This document shows, one piece after another, positions 45,125 through 55,020 of a DNA stretch of 64,000 bases. The stretch spans positions 11,733-75,732 of the forward strand of contig JAFGWM010000085.1 of NCBI GenBank assembly GCA_016937155.1, in the 5' to 3' direction. The translations under genes and the position numbers were made by a program. A model generated the notes under the pieces. It made no database searches, was not told the origin of the DNA, and was given only the letters and a program-made list of their open reading frames with translations. The DNA is from Deltaproteobacteria bacterium (GTDB lineage: Bacteria; Myxococcota_A; Polyangia; HGW-17). Positions within the stretch are counted from its first letter, which is position 1. Each line of letters starts with the position of its first letter.

Positions 45125-47356
45125 ATGAAAGCAAAAAGAAAACTTGCAGACAGGATTTTTCACCTTGGTATTACCATGATCCTTGTTCCTCTTGTGCTTC
45201 TGGTGGCATTACTGACAATCGTTTTTGTCAAACAAAAGAGGGTTCACACTGAATATGATACCGTAGTAAGGAAACTGCATTCAGATATGGACTCTATTGA
45301 TAAAAGACTTCATACTTATACCGTCCAGCTTAATGGTAATCAGAAGAAAATTCAGGATATAACCAGAAAACACAGCCTGAACAATATGAAGGAACAAATA
45401 AACTTCAGTGTAACTCAACTCCTCAGCACCCTGATCGGACACGGAATTATTAAAACAGATTTTGATCATACAATACTTCTAAGTCTTTACCTTGATAATA
45501 CTCTGAAGACAATTCAGGAACTGAGGCGAAATATCACCTCAAAAGATCCCCTGGATAAACAGGTAAAAATTACTGAAAAAGAAGAAGATAAAGGAAAATT
45601 AAAAAACCTCGATAAAATAGATTCTCTTGATCTTAAAATCAAAGAACTTTCTAGGAATTCCAGTGTAATTGACAAATCAAAACTTGCTAAACTATTAAAC
45701 TCCTTTTCTAAAAACGCCAGAATGGGAAATACCGGAAGGGTTATTTTCATAATAGAACATACCAGTTTGCATAAACACCAGATTGCGTGGTCAACACAAC
45801 CAGGATGGACAGGCAAGTTTATGGAGGATTTTGAACTGCTGCAGCCTTTGAGAGGTCTTTTAATTTCCAAGAATTACATGGAAAAATTCATGAAATTTCA
45901 GAGAGGCGGTGAAAGGGCATTTCTCCTCTACAATCTGATTCCAGCTACATCATCGTCAACTGATGCAAAGTATAACATTTCCACTGATAATTTTTATGGG
46001 ATGATTCCTGTGTGGGGGACACCCTATAGTCTTGGTGTACAAACATCAATGGCTGGGGATCTCGTTTCCACATTGGATTCCATTAGTAATTCTCTGGGTA
46101 ATATCAGTTCTTTCCTTAAAATAGCTAATGTTGATATTAGAAATGCAGATCAGTCCACAAAAAAGCTTCACAAAAGGTTCGGTACCGAGACCAGATCATC
46201 CAACAATCTTTTTCTTTATATAATAATATTTGCAGTAATTTTTGTCGGTGTTGTATTTTACCTGATAATCAGATCAATTCAGAGACGTCTCGTGGAACCG
46301 GTACTTCATATTCAGGATGTTACTTCCCATATCGTCGAGGGTGAATATTCAGCCCGCTGCACTCTTGAGACAAATGATGAACTTCAGGAGTTATCAGAAG
46401 CTATCAATGTCATGCTTGATCGTATTGTAACCCTGATTCAGAGTGAGGAGGACAAAATTTCAATGCAATCGGATATTGTCCAGCTTCTGGATGTTGTTTC
46501 TCAGGCATCCAATGGCGATCTTACTATACGTGGCCAGGTTTCAACTCCTGACTTTCAGGCAGTTATGGATGCATTCAATCATATGATGAGCTCCATCGGA
46601 AGCCTGGTAATAAAAGTTCGTTCCAGTGGAAATGGTGTTGAACACTACACAAAACTTATGCTTGATTCATTAAAACAGATACTCGAAAAAAGTACCCGTC
46701 AGGCAAATGATTTGGATATTGCAGCAAGAAAAATAAAGGCATTAGGAGATAGAAGTCAGGAAATTACCAGAATGGTTGAGCAAATTGGCTCCATTGCAAT
46801 GGAAACAAACACACTTGCACTTAACGCTACTCTCGAAGCATCAAGATCCGGAGACAGAGATACCGGAATAAGTCATTTAGCTGAACATGTGAGACAGCTT
46901 GCAGACGGACTGAAAAAAACAAAACAGGATATCGACAGTTTCATGGGAAGTATTCAGTTGGCTACTAATCATGCAGTCCAGTCAATGGAGGAAGTCCTCA
47001 TTCTTACTAGAGAAACTGCAGGGGAAGCAAGATTGAGTTTTGAGACAGCAAACAATACACATCAGGAAGCAGACCAGCTGGCTAAAAGTATTAGTATTTT
47101 TAAAATTAAATCTCAAATGGATGCTGAAAGAGAAGTCGAACTTAAATCATCGGTAAAATCCATCCTGAAAGATATTAAGCAAACCCGAAAACTTATTGGT
47201 GTTATGGATACAATGGAATTTGAATCCATGAATGATATTCTCAATGAGTTTGAAGAAAGCATAAGAGAAATGGGATTCCTTTACAGCAAAGCAATGTCAG
47301 ATGGTGAACGCTCACCCTCAACTGATGACGAAATCCCCGCAATTATCGAGGATTAA
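45125..47356 (+). CDS. methyl-accepting chemotaxis protein (2 TM, HAMP, divergent short signalling domain)
   Basis: HAMP (LVEPVLHIQDVTSHIVEGEY) and signalling-domain core IAMETNTLALNATLEASRSGD. ATG 45125 is preferred over TTG 45113. Confidence 0.78.
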   Translation: MKAKRKLADRIFHLGITMILVPLVLLVALLTIVFVKQKRVHTEYDTVVRKLHSDMDSIDKRLHTYTVQLNGNQKKIQDITRKHSLNNMKEQINFSVTQLLSTLIGHGIIKTDFDHTILLSLYLDNTLKTIQELRRNITSKDPLDKQVKITEKEEDKGKLKNLDKIDSLDLKIKELSRNSSVIDKSKLAKLLNSFSKNARMGNTGRVIFIIEHTSLHKHQIAWSTQPGWTGKFMEDFELLQPLRGLLISKNYMEKFMKFQRGGERAFLLYNLIPATSSSTDAKYNISTDNFYGMIPVWGTPYSLGVQTSMAGDLVSTLDSISNSLGNISSFLKIANVDIRNADQSTKKLHKRFGTETRSSNNLFLYIIIFAVIFVGVVFYLIIRSIQRRLVEPVLHIQDVTSHIVEGEYSARCTLETNDELQELSEAINVMLDRIVTLIQSEEDKISMQSDIVQLLDVVSQASNGDLTIRGQVSTPDFQAVMDAFNHMMSSIGSLVIKVRSSGNGVEHYTKLMLDSLKQILEKSTRQANDLDIAARKIKALGDRSQEITRMVEQIGSIAMETNTLALNATLEASRSGDRDTGISHLAEHVRQLADGLKKTKQDIDSFMGSIQLATNHAVQSMEEVLILTRETAGEARLSFETANNTHQEADQLAKSISIFKIKSQMDAEREVELKSSVKSILKDIKQTRKLIGVMDTMEFESMNDILNEFEESIREMGFLYSKAMSDGERSPSTDDEIPAIIED

Positions 47357-47359
47357 TCC

Positions 47360-50300
47360 ATGTCCGCTGTAAATAAAATTCAGATGTATCATTTGCTTAA
47401 ATCGCTGCATGATCATCCTGACAGCCGCATAAGAGATTTTGTTTCAATTGATTTCCTCAATTTAAAAATCGAATCAACAGAGAAAAATGATAATCTTCTG
47501 AATGATCTTTCAGATCTCTGTACTGACTCCGAACCGGATTCCGAGGATATAAGTGGTTTTTATGATGAAGAAATGCTAACTGCCCTTTTGGAGGTTTTCA
47601 GAGAAGAAGCCAATGAGCATTTGGATAATCTTCTGATTCAGATGAATTCCTACCCGTTGCCTGTTTATGATATTTACCGGACATTCCATACAATAAAGGG
47701 AAGTGCAGCAACTGTCGGGTTGACAAAAATTTCAGGCGCTTCAAAACTCCTCGAAGATGAATTCCATATATTTGCTGATAGCAAATCCATTCCTCAGCAG
47801 GATGAACTGTTTATCCTTGGCTTCTCTGCCGTCCTTCTGGCACTAATGGTGGTGCAGGGAGATGATCATGTTGATTCAATCAGAGGTGCACTGACTCTGA
47901 TGTCAGATGCTCACAATGAGGAACCTGAAGATAAAAATACTTTCACTGCAAATAGTCCCATCCATGATAACAGTAATAAAAATGCTGAAGTAACTGTCTG
48001 TGAAGATACAGTAGTTGACGAAATGGAAGCTATCCTTATGGAGGTATTCTCTCAGGAGGCAGAAGAGCATCTCGAATCATTTGACACCCTTGTTGAAGAA
48101 TTATCAAACGGGAATGATGTTATTCACGATCTTTTCAGAGTTACACATACTTTGAAAGGAGCCGCCGCGACTGTTGGAATAAGTAGGGTTAGTGACGCTG
48201 CACATGCTCTTGAGGATTTCTTTGAAACCCTTGAAAAAGACGGAGGGAAACTTGATAAAAACGACGTACTGAAGATATTACATGCAGGACAGTTGCTGAG
48301 AAATTCACTTACAGATTGCTCAGCCGAAACTGTTCAGGAAATAATCAGTACTATATCTGAGATAGATACAGGAAAAAAAGAAACCGCGCCTCTGCCTAAA
48401 GAAAACAGACAAAAGCAGACCACAACGGGAAGCAGAAACACAACATCAAGTATTCTCCGAATTAAAGTTGATGATATTGACAAGTTAATAAATACAAGTG
48501 AAGAACTTGTTCTTGTGAGAACTCAGATTGAAAAGAGCAGAGATGATTTCAACAGTATCACTGGAGATCTTCTGCTGAGTCACCACACACTCCGGAATTT
48601 CCTTATGGAAGACAGGAACAAAATGTCGGAGGCGGAAAGACTCGAAAGACTTTCCGAGCTTGAAGTTGAAATAGCTGAACTTATCTATAATCTTGAACAT
48701 TCAAGTTCAAATCTCACTACAGAATGTGTCAGTCTACAGACACTTGCCAGAACTGTTCAACAAAGGTTAATCGCTCTACGCATAACTGATTTCGAACTCC
48801 TCTTTATAAAGCTTAAGCAGGCTGTAAGAGAGCTCGCCTTTGCTTCAGATAAAGAGATAGAAATGAAGTTCACCGGACAATTTGTGGAAGTTGATAAGGG
48901 TGTTATTGATTCACTGTCCTCACCTCTGCTGCAGATTGTAAGAAACTGTGTCGCTCATGGAATTGAACCTCCTAAAAAACGGAGAAAAGCTGGCAAATCC
49001 GCCGGTGGACTTATTAAAGTTGATGCAATTCAGGAGGGTCATTTTGTCAGAATTATAATTGAAGATGATGGGAAAGGAATTGATACTGAAAAAATCCGTA
49101 ATGTAATCAGAAAAAGAAATCTTGTGGAATCAGAATCTGACATTGACCGACTTAAAGAAAAAGATCTTTTTGAAGCAATCTTTCTTCCCGGGTTTACAAC
49201 CAAGGATACTGCAGACTCAATGTCCGGAAGAGGTGTGGGACTTGATCTGGTCAGGGAGAAAATCAGAAAACTTGGTGGTGATGTTTCAGTGAAATCGGAA
49301 TCTGGAACTGGGACAAAATTTACCGTACGGGTTCCTCTGACAACTTTTATTTCCAGGGCTCTATTATTCACCATAGGAAACGAAGTATACGGAATACCCA
49401 GCGCTTATTGTGTCGAGACAATGGAATATATAAGTAAGAAAGAGATTTCTGTAGGAGCAAGGGTTATCTGGAACAGTGAATCCATTCCTATAATACCGCT
49501 GCATCACTATTTTGGTATTGAACGGCAGCAGTTTCTTTCAAGACCCTATTCTGTAATTATTTTAAAGCATGGCGAACAGCATTTCGGAATTGCAACAGAT
49601 TCCACAATCGGGATAAAGGATGTTACGGTTAAGCCAATTGGAAAGCTCCTCAGTTCCCTAAGATATTTCAGTGGAGCAATTATTTCAGGTGCAGGAACCA
49701 TCCAGTTAATATTTTCAGTTCCATTTTTATCAACTCTTGCAAGACCGACAATAGGCTTCAGAGCTTCTAAAGAAATTCAGAAACATATTTCAACTCCCAG
49801 AATTCTTGTTTGTGATGACTCCAAGAGTGTCCGTGAGGCCGCATCAAGAATAATTGCGGGTGCTGGATATGAAGTCACAAAGGCCCAGGACGGTTGGGAA
49901 GCCTGGAATATTCTTCACAGCGAGCGATTTGATCTTGTACTGACCGATCTTGAAATGCCAAGGATGAATGGGTGGGAATTAATTAATGAGATCAAGCGGG
50001 ATATGTTTCTCGAAGGAGTACCTGTTGTAGTGCTCTCATCACGAACAGGTGAAACCAGCCGAAAAAAAGCTATGGATGCAGGTGCAAACTATTTTGTATC
50101 AAAGCCAATAAAACCACTTATTTTACTTAGAGTACTGGAACAGTTTGTACCACTGGATGATACATCAATGAGCAATAGAATTGTCTTATTCGCCACAACA
50201 AATAAAGGAAAAGTCCTTGAGCTCAATTCGCTTATCGCAGGGTTAAATCTTGAAATCTGGGGAATGGATCAGTTCCCCCAGTTGGAAGACGTTATTGAGG

Positions 50301-50785
50301 ACGGTGCCACTTTTGAGGCTAATGCTATAAAGAAAGCCAGAATCCGCTGCCTTCAGACAGGTCTACCCTCCCTTGCAGATGACAGTGGACTTGAAGTATC
50401 AGCTTTGAATAACGAGCCGGGAATACACAGTGCCAGATATGCCGGTGAAAATGCAACCGACAATCAGAAAGTCGACTTTTTGCTTAAAAAAATGGAAGGT
50501 ATAACTGATCGCAGTGCCAGGTTTGTCAGCGTACTTGCATTCTGCACTTCTCCCGAGTCTACTCCAATCACAGTAAAAGGTGTGTGTAATGGATATATCG
50601 GACACATACCATCAGGTACAAATGGATTCGGTTATGATCCGATATTTATGCTGCCAAAAGGAAAATCCATGGCAGAACTCACAATGGATGAAAAAAATGA
50701 AGTCAGTCACAGAGCTGATGCTATGAATCAGATGCTGCCAATTCTGATGAAATTTGCCTCAGAAGAAAATTCTGATACACACTGA
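47360..50785 (+). CDS. cheA: CheA-type histidine kinase (2x HPt, dimerisation, HATPase, CheW-like, REC) continuing in-frame into an RdgB/Ham1 dITP/XTP pyrophosphatase domain
   Basis: Two HPt motifs (HTIKGSAATVG; HTLKGAAATVG), GVGLDLV G-box, CheW-like domain, REC (RILVCDDS...DLVLTDLEMPRMNG). The Ham1 domain occupies the last ~205 aa of the same ORF with no intervening stop. Confidence 0.85.
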   Translation: MSAVNKIQMYHLLKSLHDHPDSRIRDFVSIDFLNLKIESTEKNDNLLNDLSDLCTDSEPDSEDISGFYDEEMLTALLEVFREEANEHLDNLLIQMNSYPLPVYDIYRTFHTIKGSAATVGLTKISGASKLLEDEFHIFADSKSIPQQDELFILGFSAVLLALMVVQGDDHVDSIRGALTLMSDAHNEEPEDKNTFTANSPIHDNSNKNAEVTVCEDTVVDEMEAILMEVFSQEAEEHLESFDTLVEELSNGNDVIHDLFRVTHTLKGAAATVGISRVSDAAHALEDFFETLEKDGGKLDKNDVLKILHAGQLLRNSLTDCSAETVQEIISTISEIDTGKKETAPLPKENRQKQTTTGSRNTTSSILRIKVDDIDKLINTSEELVLVRTQIEKSRDDFNSITGDLLLSHHTLRNFLMEDRNKMSEAERLERLSELEVEIAELIYNLEHSSSNLTTECVSLQTLARTVQQRLIALRITDFELLFIKLKQAVRELAFASDKEIEMKFTGQFVEVDKGVIDSLSSPLLQIVRNCVAHGIEPPKKRRKAGKSAGGLIKVDAIQEGHFVRIIIEDDGKGIDTEKIRNVIRKRNLVESESDIDRLKEKDLFEAIFLPGFTTKDTADSMSGRGVGLDLVREKIRKLGGDVSVKSESGTGTKFTVRVPLTTFISRALLFTIGNEVYGIPSAYCVETMEYISKKEISVGARVIWNSESIPIIPLHHYFGIERQQFLSRPYSVIILKHGEQHFGIATDSTIGIKDVTVKPIGKLLSSLRYFSGAIISGAGTIQLIFSVPFLSTLARPTIGFRASKEIQKHISTPRILVCDDSKSVREAASRIIAGAGYEVTKAQDGWEAWNILHSERFDLVLTDLEMPRMNGWELINEIKRDMFLEGVPVVVLSSRTGETSRKKAMDAGANYFVSKPIKPLILLRVLEQFVPLDDTSMSNRIVLFATTNKGKVLELNSLIAGLNLEIWGMDQFPQLEDVIEDGATFEANAIKKARIRCLQTGLPSLADDSGLEVSALNNEPGIHSARYAGENATDNQKVDFLLKKMEGITDRSARFVSVLAFCTSPESTPITVKGVCNGYIGHIPSGTNGFGYDPIFMLPKGKSMAELTMDEKNEVSHRADAMNQMLPILMKFASEENSDTH
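50168..50785 (+). other. rdgB: RdgB/Ham1-family non-canonical purine NTP pyrophosphatase domain (internal Met MSNRIVLFATTNKGK)
   Basis: ATxNxGK, ADDSGL, ARF, FGYDP, SHR motifs, all in the RdgB order; in-frame with cheA. Confidence 0.8.
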
Positions 50786-50787
50786 TT

Positions 50788-52824
50788 CTATTTATTTTTA
50801 GGGATATATTTACTGCATCTGAACCCTACATGAGGAAACTGTTTTGACGCACTTAATCCCTGACGGTAGGTGGATCTTATCGAGCCCGTAGACCATCCAC
50901 CACCCCGTAAAGTATGCTCATCGTTCTTCCAATTTTCCGGGCCGGAGGGGTCTTTGAGAATCTTTTTTGAAACTTTTGAATAATATAACTCATCATAGAA
51001 GTCGGAAGTCCACTCCCAAACATTCCCACTCATATCCATAACACCAAACGGACTTTTACCTTCCTTTAAACTTCCAACAGGCCATGTCGATGATTTTCCA
51101 CAACCCTCACCGGCTGTACTGAATATAACTGCTTTCTTACAATCTGCTTCTGTCTTCCCCCAGGGATATAAATTTAATTTTTCGTTACCTCTTGCGGCGT
51201 ACTCCCATTCGGCCTCAGTGGGAAGACGTTTTGACGCCCAGGCACAATAAGTATTTGCCTGACTCCATGTAACACAGTTAACAGGATGATTTTTTCTGGC
51301 TTCATTTTTCCAGTTGCAGAATTTGGCTTCTTCCAGATTTTTTTGGAATTCTACAGGTTCTGTGCACACACGACTTTTTACACATTTTGCATACTTTTCT
51401 ACAGTTACTTCATACCGGTCAATTATATATGGAGCAAGACAAACCTTGTGCAGCGGCTTTTCACCCTTTTCTCCACCTTCAAACCCCATATTAAAACACA
51501 TATCAGGAGCATTTATCACGACATTTTCAGAATCACTTTGCGGAACAGGCGGTTTTGGGGGGTTCAAATCAGATTTCGGTGTAACTTTTTTTATAACTTC
51601 AACTTTCATAACTTCCGGGGTTTTCTCAACTATTTCTTTCTTATCGGCAACCACTGTTTTGTTTTTTTCAACTGAATCTCCCTTTAGCACAAAATTCTTG
51701 ATAATAAAAAACAGTCCAAGTGCAAAAACAGAACCTATAACTACCCCGGCTATTACCCCTATTGTTGCCCTTTTTGTTCTGCTCCCCCCCATTGTCGAAT
51801 GAGTAAGAAGTGCTCCTGATTCAATTGTAGCTGATTCTGATATATCAATATCACTAGAGTGATCCTGTAATGAACTCCGTCCAGAAGTAATTCCAGGAGA
51901 ACTCCTTATAGAGCTTATCTGCATCTGCTGTTCACGGACAAGATCCGCTGCCAGAATTTCAGGATCGACGTTCTTAATAACTTCAAAAAATTCGGTGAAA
52001 AATTCCTTAACAGATCCGTACCTTTCTTCAGGATTTTTTCTAAGACACTTCAGTACCACTTCACTGAGTTCCGGAGGTAAATTCTTAACCTTATCCTTCA
52101 GAGGTTCAGGTTCCTCAAGAATAAGATTAACCAGAAGATCGCTTACACTCCTGCCCTTTATTGGAAGTTCTCCACTGAGCATCTGATAAACAATAACCCC
52201 CAGACTGTAAATATCTGTGTGAGGACCGGTTTTTTCAATTTCGCCTCTGGCCTGTTCCGGTGACATATAAGCAGGTGTTCCGATTACCTGACCGGTTTTA
52301 GTCTTATGCGAAGTTGCTTCTGTGGATTCAGTTAGTTTAGCTATCCCGAAATCAAGAATCTTTACGTTGTACTGGTTGTCTCTTTCAGAAACAATTATAT
52401 TATCGGGTTTCAAATCCCTGTGAATTATCGAATTCTGATGGGCCGCGTCAAGGCCATCCACTATTTGCCTTACTATCCCGAATACTTCACCAATGCTGAA
52501 GGAGTCTCTCTCCTTCATAATTTTTGTGAGTTCTTTTCCTTCTATGAACTCCATGATGCAGTAATACCGTGTATCTTCCAACTGACCAAAATCAAAAATT
52601 CTAATGATATTCTGATGGAGTATTTTGTTTACAGCCTTTGCTTCAGAAATAAACCTGTGCACAACAGTTTCATCAGAAGAAAATGCCTGATTCAAGATTT
52701 TTATGGCAACCTTACTGCCAATATCAGGATGCTCCGCAAAATACACGCGACCGAAAGCTCCTTCACCTAAAAGCCTCTGAACCTTGTAACTTCCTATTGT
52801 GCTGCCAATTAAAATATCTTCCAT
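50788..52824 (-). CDS. Ser/Thr protein kinase with TM helix and C-terminal formylglycine-generating-enzyme (FGE-sulfatase) domain
   Basis: Kinase motifs (VAIKIL, HRDLKPDNIIV, DFGIAK); TM segment; C-terminal HPVNCVTW...GNVWEWTSD...RGGGW FGE hallmarks. Confidence 0.85.
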   Translation of the reverse strand: MEDILIGSTIGSYKVQRLLGEGAFGRVYFAEHPDIGSKVAIKILNQAFSSDETVVHRFISEAKAVNKILHQNIIRIFDFGQLEDTRYYCIMEFIEGKELTKIMKERDSFSIGEVFGIVRQIVDGLDAAHQNSIIHRDLKPDNIIVSERDNQYNVKILDFGIAKLTESTEATSHKTKTGQVIGTPAYMSPEQARGEIEKTGPHTDIYSLGVIVYQMLSGELPIKGRSVSDLLVNLILEEPEPLKDKVKNLPPELSEVVLKCLRKNPEERYGSVKEFFTEFFEVIKNVDPEILAADLVREQQMQISSIRSSPGITSGRSSLQDHSSDIDISESATIESGALLTHSTMGGSRTKRATIGVIAGVVIGSVFALGLFFIIKNFVLKGDSVEKNKTVVADKKEIVEKTPEVMKVEVIKKVTPKSDLNPPKPPVPQSDSENVVINAPDMCFNMGFEGGEKGEKPLHKVCLAPYIIDRYEVTVEKYAKCVKSRVCTEPVEFQKNLEEAKFCNWKNEARKNHPVNCVTWSQANTYCAWASKRLPTEAEWEYAARGNEKLNLYPWGKTEADCKKAVIFSTAGEGCGKSSTWPVGSLKEGKSPFGVMDMSGNVWEWTSDFYDELYYSKVSKKILKDPSGPENWKNDEHTLRGGGWSTGSIRSTYRQGLSASKQFPHVGFRCSKYIPKNK

Positions 52825-52890
52825 TATTCCTATCTCAGGCTTGATATGATAACACCCCCATGAAAAAAATCATTCCCTAATATTTAATAC

Positions 52891-54966
52891 TTATTTTTTT
52901 TTGTTGACACTGCAGCTTTTTTTGTGACCTGCTTTACATGCAAGCATCGAAAATTTATTATATTTTGAGCCCGGGGAAAGTTTATTCAAATCACCGGAAT
53001 GACTTTTCTTGAGCCAGAGACAGGAACTCACGTTCTTTTTAATACAGGACTGCTCGAAAATATCATAAACTTCCCAGACACTTATTGTTTTAAATGAAGA
53101 GTACACATTCTCATCATATTTTGCTGCCCATCTGCATGACCTGTGGTTACCTTCCTTGCAGTTTGCCAGTAAACCTCTCAGTCCGAGATCAAGATTTTTT
53201 GCAGTCCCGTAACCCAGAGTCATAAGATAATATTTTCCACCACATCCGTCTGAGTATTTAAGTTTACAAGACTTTGAAAAATATGAGTAAACCCTCGACT
53301 TCTGACGTGAAGTCACCGCGCTATCCAGCAAAACAGCGGCTGTCTCATAGCAGCCTGAGCCATCTCCATCATGACATGATTTTTTAAAATATTTTAATGA
53401 AAGATCAAGATTTTTCCCAACTCCGTCACCAGTTTTATACATCCAACCGATATTTCGACAGGCAACACCGGAATCATTGGAACAAGCACTGTCATAAAAA
53501 GAAAATGCCTTTGCTAAATCCTTTTTAACTCCCAATCCAAGATAATACTGTCTGCCCGCATTATTGCAGGAACTGGCATCCCTGTGCTGACATCCTTTTA
53601 AATACCAGTCCAGAGAAACTTTCAGATCTTTTTTTCCAGACCGACCATGTTCATAAGCCAGACCCAGAATAAAACAACTCTCCCCATCCTTGTTCTCACA
53701 AGATTTTTTCAGAAGCCTTAGTCCTTCTTCAACATCCTTTTTATAAACAGCTCCATTTAGCAGAAGTTTACCCTTGTAACCGCAAGCTGACTGAGATTTC
53801 AATTCACATCCATGATTAAGAATTTTGATAGCCTGAGAAAAATCCTTTGAAAGAATTGGGGAAAATGCATAGTACCAGAAAGCCATACGGCAGGAGTAGC
53901 CATAACCAAGAGAACAACCTCTGGTATAGAAATTCCTGACTTTCATTTCAGTACTGACTGAATACTTGTAGAGTTTCGAATAGGCACGTGCGGCATTATA
54001 ACAGCCATCCGGGGAATTTAACTGACACGCTTTCTCTGAAAAAACGAGTGCCTGAGAATAACTCGGAGGAACTCCCAAGCCTGAATAATATACCCTTCCC
54101 AGATAAAAACAGCTGGTACCGTCGTTCATATTACAGCCCTTAAGAAAGAATTCCAGAGCCTTGGGATAGTTTACAGCTCTACCTTTTCCGTAATAATACA
54201 GAATTCCGCTGTATCTGCATCCTCCCGGACTTGCAAGAGAACAGCTTTTTTCATAATATCTGGAGGCACTTGAATAGTTTTTGTCACGATGAGCATACGC
54301 TCCTGCCAAGTAACAGGAAATCCCATCCGAAAGATAACAGCCGGTTTTAAGATATTTCAACCCTCTGGCATATGTTCTCTTTTTTATGGAAAGTATATAT
54401 CCAGCCTGTCTACAGGATGCTGCATGGTTCATATTGCATCGTCTGATAAAATCTAAAACCTTACTGGAGCATTCTTTATAGAATCGCTCAAGTGATTTTT
54501 TCTCTGAACATTTCTGCCACAGTGCTTCCTCTTTTTTAAGGGACCTGATCTTTTTTCCAAGCTTCTTCCTTTCAGATGAACTTTTAGATAAATCAGAAAT
54601 TTTTCTTAGGAATGATGCTGCTTCACCATACTCACCGATGTACCAGGAAAGATCGTATCCCAGTTTTAGACAGGCCTTATCACATGATGATCCTGATAGT
54701 TTTCTTAATTCTCCAACAGCCAGCAGAAAATTATTTTCCTCCATTCTCTTTATTACTTCTGAGTAAATAATTGAGTTGTTTTTTTTCTTTCTGACAAGCT
54801 TTTTTACCCTCTGACGGATTGTGTCAAGAGCAGTTCTGGATGAAGTGCCTGCAATCTTTTCACATCTGAGTTTGGATGAGTTAAACTTCGTTCCCGGGGG
54901 ACAGTTGTTACCGGCAAACACATTAAAACTATACGTGGAAAACAGAATTATTAATATACTTTTCAT
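52891..54966 (-). CDS. secreted Sel1-like (Hcp-type, Cys-bracketed) repeat protein
   Basis: Signal peptide; >10 repeats of the GxGVxKDxxxAxxWYxKAC type with paired Cys (Helicobacter cysteine-rich protein-like). Confidence 0.75.
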   Translation of the reverse strand: MKSILIILFSTYSFNVFAGNNCPPGTKFNSSKLRCEKIAGTSSRTALDTIRQRVKKLVRKKKNNSIIYSEVIKRMEENNFLLAVGELRKLSGSSCDKACLKLGYDLSWYIGEYGEAASFLRKISDLSKSSSERKKLGKKIRSLKKEEALWQKCSEKKSLERFYKECSSKVLDFIRRCNMNHAASCRQAGYILSIKKRTYARGLKYLKTGCYLSDGISCYLAGAYAHRDKNYSSASRYYEKSCSLASPGGCRYSGILYYYGKGRAVNYPKALEFFLKGCNMNDGTSCFYLGRVYYSGLGVPPSYSQALVFSEKACQLNSPDGCYNAARAYSKLYKYSVSTEMKVRNFYTRGCSLGYGYSCRMAFWYYAFSPILSKDFSQAIKILNHGCELKSQSACGYKGKLLLNGAVYKKDVEEGLRLLKKSCENKDGESCFILGLAYEHGRSGKKDLKVSLDWYLKGCQHRDASSCNNAGRQYYLGLGVKKDLAKAFSFYDSACSNDSGVACRNIGWMYKTGDGVGKNLDLSLKYFKKSCHDGDGSGCYETAAVLLDSAVTSRQKSRVYSYFSKSCKLKYSDGCGGKYYLMTLGYGTAKNLDLGLRGLLANCKEGNHRSCRWAAKYDENVYSSFKTISVWEVYDIFEQSCIKKNVSSCLWLKKSHSGDLNKLSPGSKYNKFSMLACKAGHKKSCSVNKKK

Positions 54967-55020
54967 GGATAACTTGTTCCTGCAGTTTTTACAGGGAAAT
55001 GGATAGCAGAAAAAAGGATT

